Under the pieces are notes generated by a model, which was not told the DNA's origin, did no database searches, and saw only the letters and a list, made by a program, of their open reading frames with translations. DNA of 64,000 nucleotides from assembly GCF_009914755.1 (NCBI RefSeq), contig NC_060925.1; one strand, given 5' to 3'. This DNA comes from the human T2T-CHM13v2.0 reference genome, Homo sapiens. Shown one piece after another: positions 25,301 through 39,234 of this stretch. Each line of letters begins with the position of its first letter. Within the stretch, counting starts at the first letter, position 1. A program made the position numbers and the translations under genes.

Positions 25301-28300
25301 GTGTATTCAACTCACAGAGTTGAAGGATCCTTTACAGAGACCAGGCTTGAAACACTCTTTTTGTCGAATTTGCAAGTGGAGATTTCAGCCGCTTTGAGGT
25401 CAATGGTAGAATAGGAAATATCTTCTTATACAAACTAGACAGAATGATTCTCATGAACTCCTTTGTGATGTGTGCGTTCAACTCACAGAGTTTAACCTTT
25501 CTTTTCATAGAGCAGTTAGGAAACACTCTGTTTGTAAAGTCTGCAAGTGGATATTCAGACCTCCTTGAGGCCTTCGTTGGAAACGGGATTTCTTCATATT
25601 CTGCTAGACAGAAGAATTCTCAGTAACTTCCTTGTGTTGTGTTTATTCAACTCACAGAGTTGAATGATCCTTTACACAGAGCAGACTTGAAACACTCTTT
25701 TTGTGGAAATTGCAAATGGACATTTCAGCCGCTTTGAGGTCAATGGTAGAAAAGTAAATATCTTCGTATAAAGACTAGACAGAATGATTCTCAGAAACTC
25801 CTTTGTGATGTGTGCGTTCAACTCACAGAGTTTAACCTTTCTGTTCATAGAGCAGTTAGGAAACACTCTGTTTGTAAAGTCTGCAAGTGGATATTCAGAC
25901 CTCCTTGAGGCCTTCGTTGGAAACGGGATTTCTTCATATTCTGCTAGACAGAAGAATTCTCAGTAACTTCCTTGTGTTGTGTGTATTCAATTCACAGAGT
26001 TGAACGATCCTTTACACAGAGCAGACTTGAAACACTCTTTTTGTGGAATTTGCAAGTGGAGATTTCAGCCGCTTTGAGGTCAATAGTAGAAAAGGAAATA
26101 TCTTCGTAGAAAAACTAGACAGAATGATTCTCAGAAACTCCTTTGTGATGTGTGCGTTCAACTCACAGAGTTTAACCTTTCTTTTCATAGAGCAGTTAGG
26201 AAACACTCTGTTTGTAAAGTCTGCAAGTGGATATTAAGACCTCTTTGAGGCCTTCGTTGGAAACGGGATTTCTTCATATTCTGCTAGACAGCATAATTCT
26301 CAGTAACTTCCTTGTGTTGTGTGTATTCAACTCACAGAGTTGAAAGATCCTTTACAGAGAGCAGGCTTGAAACACTCTTTTTGTCGAATTTGCAAGTGGA
26401 GATTTCAGCCGCTTTGAGGTCAATGGAAGAATAGGAAATATCTTCTTATAGAAACTAGACAGAATGATTCTCATAAACTCCTTTGTGATGTGTGCGTTCA
26501 ACTCACAGAGTTTAACCTTTCTTTTCATAGAGCAGTTAGGAAACACTCTGTTTGTAAAGTCTGCAAGTGGATATTCAGACCTCCTTGAGGCCTTCGTTGG
26601 AAACGGGATTTCTTCATATTCTGCTAGACAGAAGAATTCTCAGTAACTTCCTTGTGTTGTGTTTATTCAACTCACAGGGTTGAATGATCCTTTACACAGA
26701 GCAGACTTGAAACACTCTTTTTGTGGAATTTGCAAGTGGAGATTTCAGCCGCTTTGAGGTCAATGGTAGAAAAGTAAATATCTTCGTATAAAGACTAGAC
26801 AGAATGATTCTCAGAAACTCCTTTGTGATGTGTGCGTTGAACTCACAGAGTTTAACCTTTCTGTTCATAGAGCAGTTAGGAAACACTCTGTTTGTAAAGT
26901 CTGCAAGTGGATATTCAGACCTCCTTGAGGCCTTCGTTGGAAACGGGATTTCTTCATATTCTGCTAGACAGAAGAATTCTCAGTGACTTCCTTGTGTTGT
27001 GTGTATTCAACTCACAGAGTTGAACGATCCTTTACACAGAGCAGACTTGAAACACTCTTTTTGTGGAATTTGCAAGTGGAGATTTCAGCCGCTTTGAGGT
27101 CAATAGTAGAAAAGGAAATATCTTCGTAGAAAAACTAGACAGAATGATTCTCAGAAACTCCTTTGTGATGTGTGTGTTCAACTCACAGAGTTTAACCTTT
27201 CTTTTCCTAGAGCAGTTAGTAAACACTCTGTTTATAAAGTCTGCAAGTGGATATTCAGACCCCTTTGAGGCCTTCGTTGGAAACGGGATTTCTTCATATT
27301 ATGCTAGACAGAAGAATTCTCAGTAACTTCCTTGTGTTGTGTGTATTCAACTGACAGAGTTGAACTTTCATTTAGAGAGAGCAGATTTGAAACACTGTTT
27401 TTGTGGAATTTGTAAGTGGAGATTTCAAGCGCTTTGGGGCCAAAGGCAGAAAAGGAAATATCTTCGTATAAAAACTAGACAGAATCATTCTCAGAAACTG
27501 CTGCGTGATGTGTGCGTTCAACTCTCAGAGTTTAACTTTTCTTTTCATTCAGCGGTTTGGAAACACTCTGTTTGTAAAGTCTGCACGTGGAAATTTTGAC
27601 CACTTAGAGGCCTTCGTTGGAAACGGGTTTTTTTCATGTAAGGCTAGACAGAAGAATTCCCAGTAACTTCCTTGTGTTGTGTGCATTCAACTCACAGAGT
27701 TGAACGTTCCCTTAGACAGAGCAGATTTGAAACACTCTATTTGTGCAATTTGCAAGTGTAGAATTCAAGCGCTTTAAGGTCAATGGCAGAAAAGGAAATA
27801 TCTTCGTTTCAAAACTAGACAGAATCATTCCCACAAACTGCGTTGTGATGTGTTCGTTCAACTCACAGAGTTTTACCTTTCTGTTCATAGAGCAGTTAGG
27901 AAACACTCTGTAAAGTCTGTAAGTGGATATTCTGACATCTTGTGGCCTTCGTTGGAAACGGGATTTCTTCATATTCTGCTAGACAGAAGAATTCTCAGTA
28001 ACTTCCTTGTGTTGTGTGTATTCAACTCACAGAGTTGAACGATCCTTTACACAGAGCAGACTTGAAACACTCTTTTTGTGGAATTTGCAAGTGGAGATTT
28101 CAGCCGCTTTGATGTCAATGGTAGAAAAGGAAATATCTTCGTATAAAGACTAGATAGAATGATTCTCAGAAACTCTTTTGTGATGTGTGCGTTCAACTCA
28201 CAGAGTTTAACCTTTCTGTTCAGAGAGCAGTTAGGAAACACTCTGTTTGTAAAGTCTGCAAGTGGATATTCAGACCTCCTTGAGACCTTCGTTGGAAACG

Positions 28301-31300
28301 GGATTTCTTCATATTCTGCTAGACAGAAGAATTCTCAGTAACTTCCTTGTGTTGTGTGTATTCAACTCACAGAGTTGTACGATCGTTTACACAGAGCAGA
28401 CTTGAAACACTCTTTTTGTGGAATTTGCAATTGGAGATTTCAGCCGCTTTGAGGTCAATGGTAAAAAAGGAAATATCTTCGTATAAAGACTAGACAGAAT
28501 GATTCTCAGAAACTCCTTTGTGATGTGTGCGTTCAACTCACAGAGTTTAACCTTTCTGTTCATAGAGCAGTTAGGAAACACTCTGTTTGTAAAGTCTGCA
28601 AGTGGATATTCAGACCTCCTTGAGGCCTTCGGTGGAAACGGGATTTCTTCATATTCTGCTAGACAGAAGAATTCTCAGTAACTTCCTTGTGTTGTGTGTA
28701 TTCAACTCACAGAGTTGAACGATCCTTTACACAGAGCAGACTTGAAACACTCTTTTTGTGGAATTTGCAAGTGGAGATTTCAGCCGCTTTGAGGTCAATG
28801 GTAGAATAGGAAATATCTTCCTATAGAAACTAGACAGAATGATTCTCAGAAACTCCTTTGTGATGTGTGCGTTTAACTCACAGAGTTTAACCTTTCTTTT
28901 CATAGAGCAGTTAGGAAACACTCTGTTTGTAAAGTCTGCAAGTGGATATTCAGACCTCTTTGAGGCCTTCGTTGGAAACGGGATTTCTTCATATTCTGCT
29001 AGACAGAAGAATTCTCAGTAACTTCCTTGTGTTGTGTGTATTCAACTCACAGAGTTGAACGATCCTTTACACAGAGCAGACTTGAAACACTCTTTTTGTG
29101 GAATTTGCAAGTGGAGATTTCAGCCGCTTTGAGGTCAATAGTAGAAAAGGAAATATCTTCGTAGAAAAACTAGGCAGAATGATTCTCAGAAACTCCTTTG
29201 TGATGTGTGTGTTCAACTCACAGAGTTTAACCTTTCTTTTCATAGAGCAGTTAGTAAACACTCTGTTTATAAAGTCTGCAAGTGGATATTCAGACCCCTT
29301 TGAGGCCTTCGTTGGAAACGGGATTTCTTCATATTATGCTAGACAGAAGAATTCTCAGTAACTTCCTTGTGTTGTGTGTATTCAACTGACAGAGTTGAAC
29401 TTTCATTTAGAGAGAGCAGATTTGAAACACTGTTTTTGTGGAATTTGCAAGTGGAGATTTCAAGCGCTTTGGGGCCAAGGGCAGAAAAGGAAATATCTTC
29501 GTATAAAAACTAGACAGAATCATTCTCAGAAACTGCTGCGTGATGTGTGCGTTCCACTCTCAGAGTTTAACTTTTCTTTTCATTCAGCGGTTTGGAAACA
29601 CTCTGTTTGTAAAGTCTGCACGTGGATATTTTGACCACTTAGAGGCCTTCGTTGGAAACGGGTTTTTTTTCATGTAAGGCTAGACAGAAGAATTCCCAGT
29701 AACTTCCTTGTGTTGTGTGCATTCAACTCACAGAGTTGAACGTTCCCTTAGACAGAGCAGATTTGAAACACTCTATTTGTGCAATTTGCAAGTGTAGATT
29801 TCAAGCGCTTTAAGGTCAACGGCAGAAAAGGAAATATCTTCGTTTCAAAACTAGACAGAATCATTCCCACAAACTGCGTTGTGATGTGTTCGTTCAACTC
29901 ACAGAGTTTAACCTTTCTGTTCATAGAGCAGTTAGGAAACACTCTGTTTCTAAAGTCTGTAAGTGGATATTCTGACATCTTGTGGCCTTCGTTGGAAACG
30001 GGATTTCTTCATATTCTGCTAGACAGAAGAATTCTCAGTAACTTCCTTGTGCTGTGTGTATTCAACTCACAGAGTTGAACGATCCTTTACACAGAGCAGA
30101 CTTGAAACACTCCTTTTGTGGAATTTGCAAGTGGAGATTTCAGCCGCTTTGAGGTCAATGGTAGAAAAGGAAACTATCTTCTTATAAAGACTAGACAGAA
30201 TGATTCTCAGAAAATCTTTTGTGATGTGTGCCTTCAACTCACAGAGTTTAACTTTTCTTCTCATAGAGCAGTTAGGAAACACTCTGTTTGTAAAGTCTGC
30301 AAGTGGATATTCAGACCTCTTTGAGGCCTTCGTTGGAAACGGGATTTCTTCATATTATGCTAGACAGAATAATTCTCAGTAACTTCCTTGTGTTGTGTGT
30401 ATTCAATTCACAGAGTTGAAGGATCCTTTACAGAGAGCAGGCTTCAAACACTCTTTTTGTCGAATTTGCAAGTGGAGGTTTCAGTCGCTTTGAGGTCAAT
30501 CGTGGAATAGGAAATATCTTCTTATAGAAACTAGACAGAATGATTCTCAGAAACTCCTTTGTGATGTGTGCGTTCAACTCACAGAGTTTAACCTTTCTTT
30601 TCGTAGAGCAGTTAGGAAACACTCTGTTTGTAAAGTCTGCAAGTGGATATTCAGACCTCCTTGAGGCCTTCGTTGGAAACGGGATTTCTTCATATTCTGC
30701 TCTACAGAAGAATTCTCAGTAACTTCCTTGTGTTGTGTGTATTCAACTCACAGAGTTGAACGATCCTTTACACAGAGCAGACTTGAAACACTCTTTTTGT
30801 GGAATTTGCAAGTGGAGATTTCAGCCGCTTTGAGGTCCATGGTAGAAAAGGAAATATCTTCGTATAAAGACTAGACAGAATGATTCTCATAAACTCCTTT
30901 GTGATGTGTTCGTTCAACTCACAGAGTTTAACTTTTCTTTTCATAGAGCAGTTAGGAAACACTCTGTTTGTAAAGTCTGCAAGTGGATATTCAGACCTCT
31001 TTGAGGCCTTCGTTGGAAACGGGATTTCTTCATATTATGCTAGACAGAATAATTCTCAGTAACTTCCTTGTGTTGTGTGTATTCAACTCACAGAGTTGAA
31101 CGATCCTTTACACGGAGCAGACTTGAAACATTCTTTTTGTTGAATTTGCAAGTGGAGATTTCAGCCGCTTTGAGGTCAATGGTAGAATAGGAAATATCTT
31201 CTTATAGAAACTAGCAGAACGATTCTCAGAAACTCCTTTGTGATGTGTGCGTTCAACTCACAGAGTTTAACCTTTCTTTTCATAGAGCAGTTAGGAAACA

Positions 31301-31869
31301 CTCTGTTTGTAAAGTCTGCAAGTGGATATTCAGACCTCTTTGAGGCCTTCGTTGGAAACGGGATTTCTTCATATTCTGCTAGACAGAAGAATTCTCAGTA
31401 ACTTCCTTGTGTTGTGTGTATTCAACTCACAGAGTTGAACGATCCTTTACACAGAGCAGACTTGAAACACTCTTTTTGTGGAATTTGCAAGTGGAGATTT
31501 CAGCCGCTTTGAGGTCAATAGTAGAAAAGGAAATATCTTCGTAGAAAAACTAGACAGAATGATTCTCAGAAACTCCTTTGTGATGTGTGTGTTCAACTCA
31601 CAGAGTTTAACGTTTCTTTTCATAGAGCAGTTAGTAAACACTCTGTTTATAAAGTCTGCAAGTGGATATTCAGACCCCTTTGAGGCCTTCGTTGGAAACG
31701 GGATTTCTTCATATTATGCTAGACAGAAGAATTCTCAGTAACTTCCTTGTGTTGTGTGTATTCAACTGACAGAGTTGAACTTTCATTTTGAGAGAGCAGA
31801 TTTGAAACACTGTTTTTGTGGAATTTGCAAGTGGAGATTTCAAGCGCTTTTGGGCCAAAGGCAGAAAAG

Positions 31870-34800
31870 GAAATATCTTCGTATAAAAACTAGACAGAAT
31901 CATTCTCAGAAACTGCTGCGTGATGTGTGCGTTCAACTCTCAGAGTTTAACTTTTCTTTTCATTCAGCGGTTTGGAAACACTCTGTTTGTAAAGTCTGCA
32001 CGTGGAAATTTTGACCACTTAGAGGCCTTCGTTGGAAACGGGATTTTTTCATGTAAGGCTAGACAGAAGAATTCCCAGTAACTTCCTTGTGTTGTGTGCG
32101 TTCAACTCACAGAGTTGAACGTTCCCTTAGACAGAGCAGATTTGAAACACTCTATTTGTGCAATTTGCAAGTGTAGTTTTCAAGCTCTTTAAGGTCAACG
32201 GCAGAAAAGGAAATATCTTCGTTTCAAAACTAGACAGAATCATTCCCACAAACTGCGTTGTGATGTGTTCGTTCAACTCACAGAGTTTAACCTTTCTGTT
32301 CATAGAGCAGTTAGGAAACACTCTGTTTGTAAAGTCTATAAGTGGATATTCTGACATCTTGTGGCCTTCGTTGGAAACGCGATTTCTTCATATTCTGCTA
32401 GACAGAAGAATTCTCAGTAACTTCCTTGTGTTGTGTGTATTCAACTCACAGAGTTGAACGATCCTTTACACAGAGCAGACTTGAAACACTCTTTTTGTGG
32501 AATTTGCAAGTGGAGATTTCAGCCGCTTTGAGGTCAATAGTAGAAAAGGAAACTATCTTCATATAAAGACTAGACAGAATGATTCTCACAAAATCTTTTG
32601 TGATGTGTGCGTTCAACTCACAGAGTTTAACTTTTCTTCTCATAGAGCAGTTAGGAAACACTCTGTTTGTAAAGTCTGCAAGTGGATATTCAGACCTCTT
32701 TGAGGCCTTCGTTGGAAACGGGATTTCTTCATATTCTGCTAGACAGAAGAATTCTCAGTAACTTCCTTGTGTTGTGTGTATTCAACTCACAGAGTTGAAC
32801 GATCCTTTACACAGAGCAGACTTGAAACACTCTTTTTGTGGAATTTGCAAGTGGAGATTTCAGCCGCTTTGAGGTCAATAGTAGAAAAGGAAATATCTTC
32901 GTAGAAAAACTAGACAGAATCATTCTCAGAAACTCCTTTGTGATGTGTGTGTTCAACTCACAGAGTTTAACCTTTCTTTTCATAGAGCAGTTAGTAAACA
33001 CTCTGTTTATAAAGTCTGCAAGTGGATATTCAGACCCCTTTGAGGCGTTCGTTGGAAACGGGATTTCTTCATATTATGCTAGACAGAAGAATTCTCAGTA
33101 ACTTCCTTGTGTTGTGTGTATTCAGCTGACAGAGTTGAACTTTCATTTAGAGAGAGCAGATTTGAAACACTGTTTTTGTGGAATTTGCAATTGGAGATTT
33201 CAAGCGCTTTGGGGCCAAAGGCAGAAAAGGAAATATCTTCGTATAAAAACTAGACAGAATCATTCTCAGAAACTGCTGCGTGATGTGTGCGTTCAACTCT
33301 CAGAGTTTAACTTTTCTTTTCATTCAGCGGTTTGGAAACACTCTGTTTGTAAAGTCTGCAAGTGGATATTTTGACCACTTAGAGGCCTTCGTTGGAAACG
33401 GGTTTTTTTCATGTAAGGCTAGACAGAAGAATTCCCAGTAACTTCCTTGTGTTGTGTGCATTCAACTCACAGAGTTGAACGTTCCCTTAGACAGAGCAGA
33501 TTTGAAACACTCTATTTGTGCAATTTGCAAGTGTAGATATCAAGCGCTTTAAGGTCAATGGCAGAAAAGGAAATGTCTTAGTTTCAAAACTAGACAGAAT
33601 CATTCCCACAAACTGCGTTGTGATGTGTTCGTTCAACTCACAGAGTTTAACCTTTCTGTTCATAGAGCAGTTAGGAAACACTCTGTTTGTAAAGTCTGCA
33701 AGTGGATATTCAGACCTCCTTGAGGCCTTCGTTGGAAACGGGATTTCTTCATATTCTGCTAGACAGAATAATTCTCAGTAGCTTCATTGTGTTGTGTGTA
33801 TTCAACTCACAGAGTTGAACGATCCTTTACACAGAGCAGACTTGAAACACTCTTTTTGTGGAATTTGCAAGTGGAGATTTCAGCCGCTTTGAGGTCAATG
33901 GTAGAATAGGAAATATCTTCTTATAGAAACTAGAAAGAATGATTCTCAGAAACTCCTTTGTGATGTGTGCGTTCAACTCACAGAGATTAACCTTTCTTTT
34001 CATAGAGCAGTTAGGAAACACTCTGTTTGTAAAGTCTGCAAGTGGATATTCAGACCTCCTAGAGGCCTTCGTTGGAAACGGGATTTCTTCATATTCTGCT
34101 AGACAGAAGAATTCTCAGTAACTTCCTTTTGTTGTGTGTATTCAACTCACGGAGTTGAACTATCCTTTACACAGAGCAGAGTTGAAACACTCTTTTTGTG
34201 GAATTTGCAAGTGGAGATTTCAGCCGCTTTGAGGTCAATAGTAGAAAAGGAAATATCTTCGTAGAAAAACTAGACAGAATCATTCTCAGAAACTCCTTTG
34301 TGATGTGTGTGTTCAACTCACAGAGTTTAACCTTTCTTTTCATAGAGCAGTTAGTAAACACTCTGTTTATAAAGTCTGCAAGTGGATATTCAGACCCCTT
34401 TGAGGCCTTCGTTGGAAACGGGATTTCTTCATATTATGCTAGACAGAAGAATTCTCACTAACTTCCTTGTGTTGTGTGTATTCAACTGACAGAGTTGAAC
34501 TTTCATTTAGAGAGAGCAGATTTGAAACACTGTTTTTGTGGAATTTGCAAGTGGAGATTTCAAGCGCTTTGGGGCCAAAGGCAGAAAAGGAAATATCTTC
34601 GTATAAAAACTAGACAGAATCATTCTCAGAAACTGCTGCGTGATGTGTGCGATCAACTCTCAGAGTTTAACTTTTCTTTTCATTCAGCGGTTTGGAAACA
34701 CTGTGTTTGTAAAGTCTGCACGTGGAAATTTTGACAACTTAGAGACCTTCGTTGGAAACGGGATTTTTTCATGTAAGGCTAGACAGAAGAATTCCCAGTA

Positions 34801-35940
34801 ACTTCCTTGTGTTGTGTGCATTCAACTCACAGAGTTGAACGTTCCCTTAGACCGAGCAGATTTGAAACACTCTATTTGTGCAATTTGCAAGTGTAGTTTT
34901 CAAGCTCTTTAAGGTCAACGGCAGAAAAGGAAATATCTTCGTTTCAAAACTAGACAGAATCATTCCCACAAACTGCGTTGTGATGTGTTCGTTCAACTCA
35001 CAGAGTTTAACCTTTCTGTTCATAGAGCAGTTAGGAAACACTCTGTGTGTAAAGTCTGCAAGTGGATATTCAGACCTCTTTGAGGCCTTCGTTGGAAACG
35101 GGATTTCTTCATATTCTGCTAGACAGAAGAATTCTCAGTAACTTCCTTGTGTTGTGTGTATTCAACTCACAGAGTTGAACGATCCTTTACACAGAGCAGA
35201 CTTGAAACACTCTTTTTGTGGAATTTGCAAGTGGAGATTTCAGCCGCTTTGAGGTCAATGGTAGAATAGGAAATATCTTCCTATAGAAACTAGACAGAAT
35301 GATTCTCAGAAACTCCTTTGTGATGTGTGCGTTCAACTCACAGAGTTTAACCTTTCTTTTCATAGAGCAGTTAGGAAACACTCTGTTTGTAAAGTCTGCA
35401 AGTGGATATTCAGACCTCTTTGAGGCCTTCGTTGGAAACGGGATTTCTTCATATTCTGCTAGACAGAAGAATTCTCAGTAACTTCCTTGTGTTGTGTGTA
35501 TGCAACTCACAGAGTTGAACGATCCTTTACACAGAGCAGACTTGAAACACTCTTTTTGTGGGATTTGCAATTGGAGATTTCAGCCGCTTTGAAGTCAATG
35601 GTAGAAAAGGAAACTATCTTCATATAAAGACTAGACAGAATGATTCTCAGAAAATCTTTTGTGATGTGTGCGTTCAACTCACAGAGTTTAACTTTTCTTC
35701 TCATAGAGCAGTTAGGAAACACTCTGTTTGTAAAGTCTGCAAGTGGATATTCAGACCTCTTTGAGGCCTTCGTTGGAAACGGGATTTCTTCATATTATGC
35801 TAGACAGAATAATTCTCAGTAACTTCCTTGTGTTGTGTGTATTCAACTCACAGAGTTGAAGGATCCTTTACAGAGAGCAGGCTTGAAACACTCTTTTTGT
35901 CGAATTTGCAAGTGGAGATTTCAGCCGCTTTGAGGTCAAT
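31870..35940 (+). repeat. Dispersed duplicate of ~5700-9770 (offset 26172-26174)
   Basis: Shared markers: ctcacaaaatc, cagctgacag, aatgtcttag, cagtagcttcatt, gagattaacc, ctcactaac, gcgatcaac, ttagaccgag, gtatgcaac. Confidence 0.88.
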
Positions 35941-38900
35941 GGTAGAAAAGCAAATATCTTCGTATAAAGACTAGACAGAATGATTCTCAGAAACTCCTTT
36001 GTGATGTGTGCGTTCAACTCACAGAGTTTAACCTTTCTGTTCATAGAGCAGTTAGGAAACACTCTGTTTGTAAAGTCTGCAAGTGGATATTCAGACCTCC
36101 TTGAGGCCTTCGTTGGAAACGGGATTTCTTCATATTCTGCTAGACAGAAGAATTCTCAGTAACTTCCTTGTGTTGTGTGTATTCAACTCACAGAGTTGAA
36201 CGATCCTTTACACAGAGCAGACTTGAAACACTCTTTTTGTGGAATTTGCAAGTGGAGATTTCAGCCGCTTTGAGGTCAATGGTAGAAAAGGAAATATCTT
36301 CGTATAAAGACTAGACAGAATGATTCTCAGAAACTCCTTTGTGATGTGTGCGTTCAACTCACAGAGTTTAACTTTTCTTTTCATAGAGCCGTTAGGAAAC
36401 ACTCTGTTTGTAAAGTCTGCAAGTGGATATTCAGACCTCTTTGAGGCCTTCGTTGGAAACGGGATTTCTTCATATTATGCTAGACAGAAGAATTCTCAGT
36501 AACTTCCTTGTGTTGTGTGTATTCAGCTGACAGAGTTGAACTTTCATTTAGAGAGAGCAGATTTGAAACACTGTTTTTGTGTAATTTGCAATTGGAGATT
36601 TCAAGCGCTTTGGGGCCAAAGGCAGAAAAGGAAATATCTTCGTATAAAAACTAGACAGAATCATTCTCAGAAACTGCTGCGTGATGTGTGCGTTCAACTC
36701 TCAGAGTTTAACTTTTCTTTTCATTCAGCGGTTTGGAAACACTCTGTTTGTAAAGTCTGCACGTGGAAATTTTGACCACTTAGAGGCCTTCGTTGGAAAC
36801 GGGTTTTTTTCATGTAAGGCTAGACAGAAGAATTCCCAGTAACTTCCTTGTGTTGTGTGCATTCAACTCACAGAGTTGAACGTTCCCTTAGACAGAGCAG
36901 ATTTGAAACACTCTATTTGTGCAATTTGCAAGTGTAGATTTCAAGCGCTTTAAGGTCAACGGCAGAAAAGGAAATATCTTCGTTTCAAAACTAGACAGAA
37001 TCATTCCCACAAACTGCGTTGTGATGTGTTCGTTCAACTCACAGAGTTTAACCTTTCTGTTCATAGAGCAGTTAGGAAACACTCTGTTTGTAAAGTCTGC
37101 AAGTGGATATTCAGACCTCCTTGAGGCCTTCGTTGGAAACGGGATTTCTTCATATTATGCTAGACAGAATAATTCTCAGTAACTTCCTTGTGTTGTGTGT
37201 ATTCAACTCACAGAGTTGAAGGATCCTTTACAGAGAGCAGGCTTGAAACACTCTTTTTGTCGAATTTGCAAGTGGAGATTTCAGCCGCTTTGAGGTCAAT
37301 GGTAGAATAGGAAATATCTTCTTATACAAACTAGACAGAATGATTCTCATGAACTCCTTTGTGATGTGTGCGTTCAACTCACAGAGTTTAACCTTTGTTT
37401 TCATAGAGCAGTTAGGAAACACTCTGTTTGTAAAGTCTGCAAGTGGATACTCAGACCTCCTTGAGGCCTTCTTTGGAAACGGGATTTCTTCATATTCTGC
37501 TAGACAGAAGAATTCTCAGTAACTTCCTTGTGTTGTGTGTATTCAACTCACAGAGTTGAATGATCCTTTACACAGAGCAGACTTGAAACACTCTTTTTGT
37601 GGAAATTGCAAGTGGAGATTTCAGCCGCTTTGAGGTCAATGGTAGAAAAGTAAATATCTTCGTATAAAGACTAGACAGAATGATTCTCAGAAACTCCTTT
37701 GTGATGTGTGCGTTCAACTCACAGAGTTTAACCTTTCTGTTCATAGAGCAGTTAGGAAACACTCTGTTTGTAAAGTCTGCAAGTGGATATTCAGACCTCC
37801 TTGAGGCCTTCGTTGGAAACGGGATTTCTTCATATTCTGCTAGACAGAAGAATTCTCAGTAACTTCCTTGTGTTGTGTGTATTCAACTCACAGAGTTGAA
37901 CGATCCTTTACACAGAGCAGACTTGAAACACTCTTTTTGTGGAATTTGCAAGTGGAGATTTCAGCCGCTTTGAGGTCAATGGTAGAAAAGGAAATATCTT
38001 CGTATAAAGACTAGACAGAATGATTCTCAGAAACTCCTTTGTGATGTGTGCGTTCAACTCACAGAGTTTAACTTTTCTTTTCATAGAGCCGTTAGGAAAC
38101 ACTCTGTTTGTAAAGTCTGCAAGTGGATATTCAGACCTCTTTGAGGCCTTCGTTGGAAACGGGATTTCTTCATATTCTGCTAGACAGAATAATTCTCAGT
38201 AACTTCCTTGTGTTGTGTGTATTCAACTCACAGAGTTGAAAGATCCTTTACAGAGAGCAGGCTTGAAACACTCTTTTTGTCGAATTTGCAAGTGGAGATT
38301 TCAGCCGCTTTGAGGTCAATGGTAGAATAGGAAATATCTTCTTATAGAAACTAGACAGAATGATTCTCATAAACTCCTTTGTGATGTGTGCGTTCAACTC
38401 ACAGAGTTTAACCTTTCTTTTCATAGAGCAGTTAGGAAACACTCTGTTTGTAAAGTCTGCAACTGGATATTCAGACCTCCTTGAGGCCTTCGTTGGAAAC
38501 GGGATTTCTTCATATTCTGCTAGACAGAAGAATTCTCAGTAACTTCCTTGTGTTGTGTTTATTCAACTCACAGAGTTGAATGATCCTTTACACAGAGCAG
38601 ACTTGAAACACTCTTTTTGTGGAATTTGCAAGTGGAGATTTCAGCCGCTTTGAGGTCAATGGTAGAAAAGTAAATATCTTCGTATAAAGACTAGACAGAA
38701 TGATTCTCAGAAACTCCTTTGTGATGTGTGCGTTCAACTCACAGAGTTTAACCTTTCTGTTCATAGAGCAGTTAGGAAACACTCTGTTTGTAAAGTCTGC
38801 AAGTGGATATTCAGACCTCCTTGAGGCCTTCGTTGGAAACGGGATTTCTTCATATTCTGCTAGACAGAAGAATTCTCAGTAACTTCCTTGTGTTGTGTGT

Positions 38901-39234
38901 ATTCAACTCACAGAGTTGAACGATCCTTTACACAGAGCAGACTTGAAACACTCTTTTTGTGGAATTTGCAAGTGGAGATTTCAGCCGCTTTCAGGTCAAT
39001 AGTAGAAAAGGAAATATCTTCGTAGAAAAACTAGACAGAATGATTCTCAGAAACTCCTTTGTGATGTGTGTGTTCAACTCACAGAGTTTAACCTTTCTTT
39101 TCATAGAGCAGTTAGTAAACACTCTGTTTATAAAGTCTGCAAGTGGATATTCAGACCCCTTGGAGGCCTTCGTTGGAAACGGGATTTCTTCATATTATGC
39201 TAGACAGAAGAATTCTCAGTAACTTCCTTGTGTT

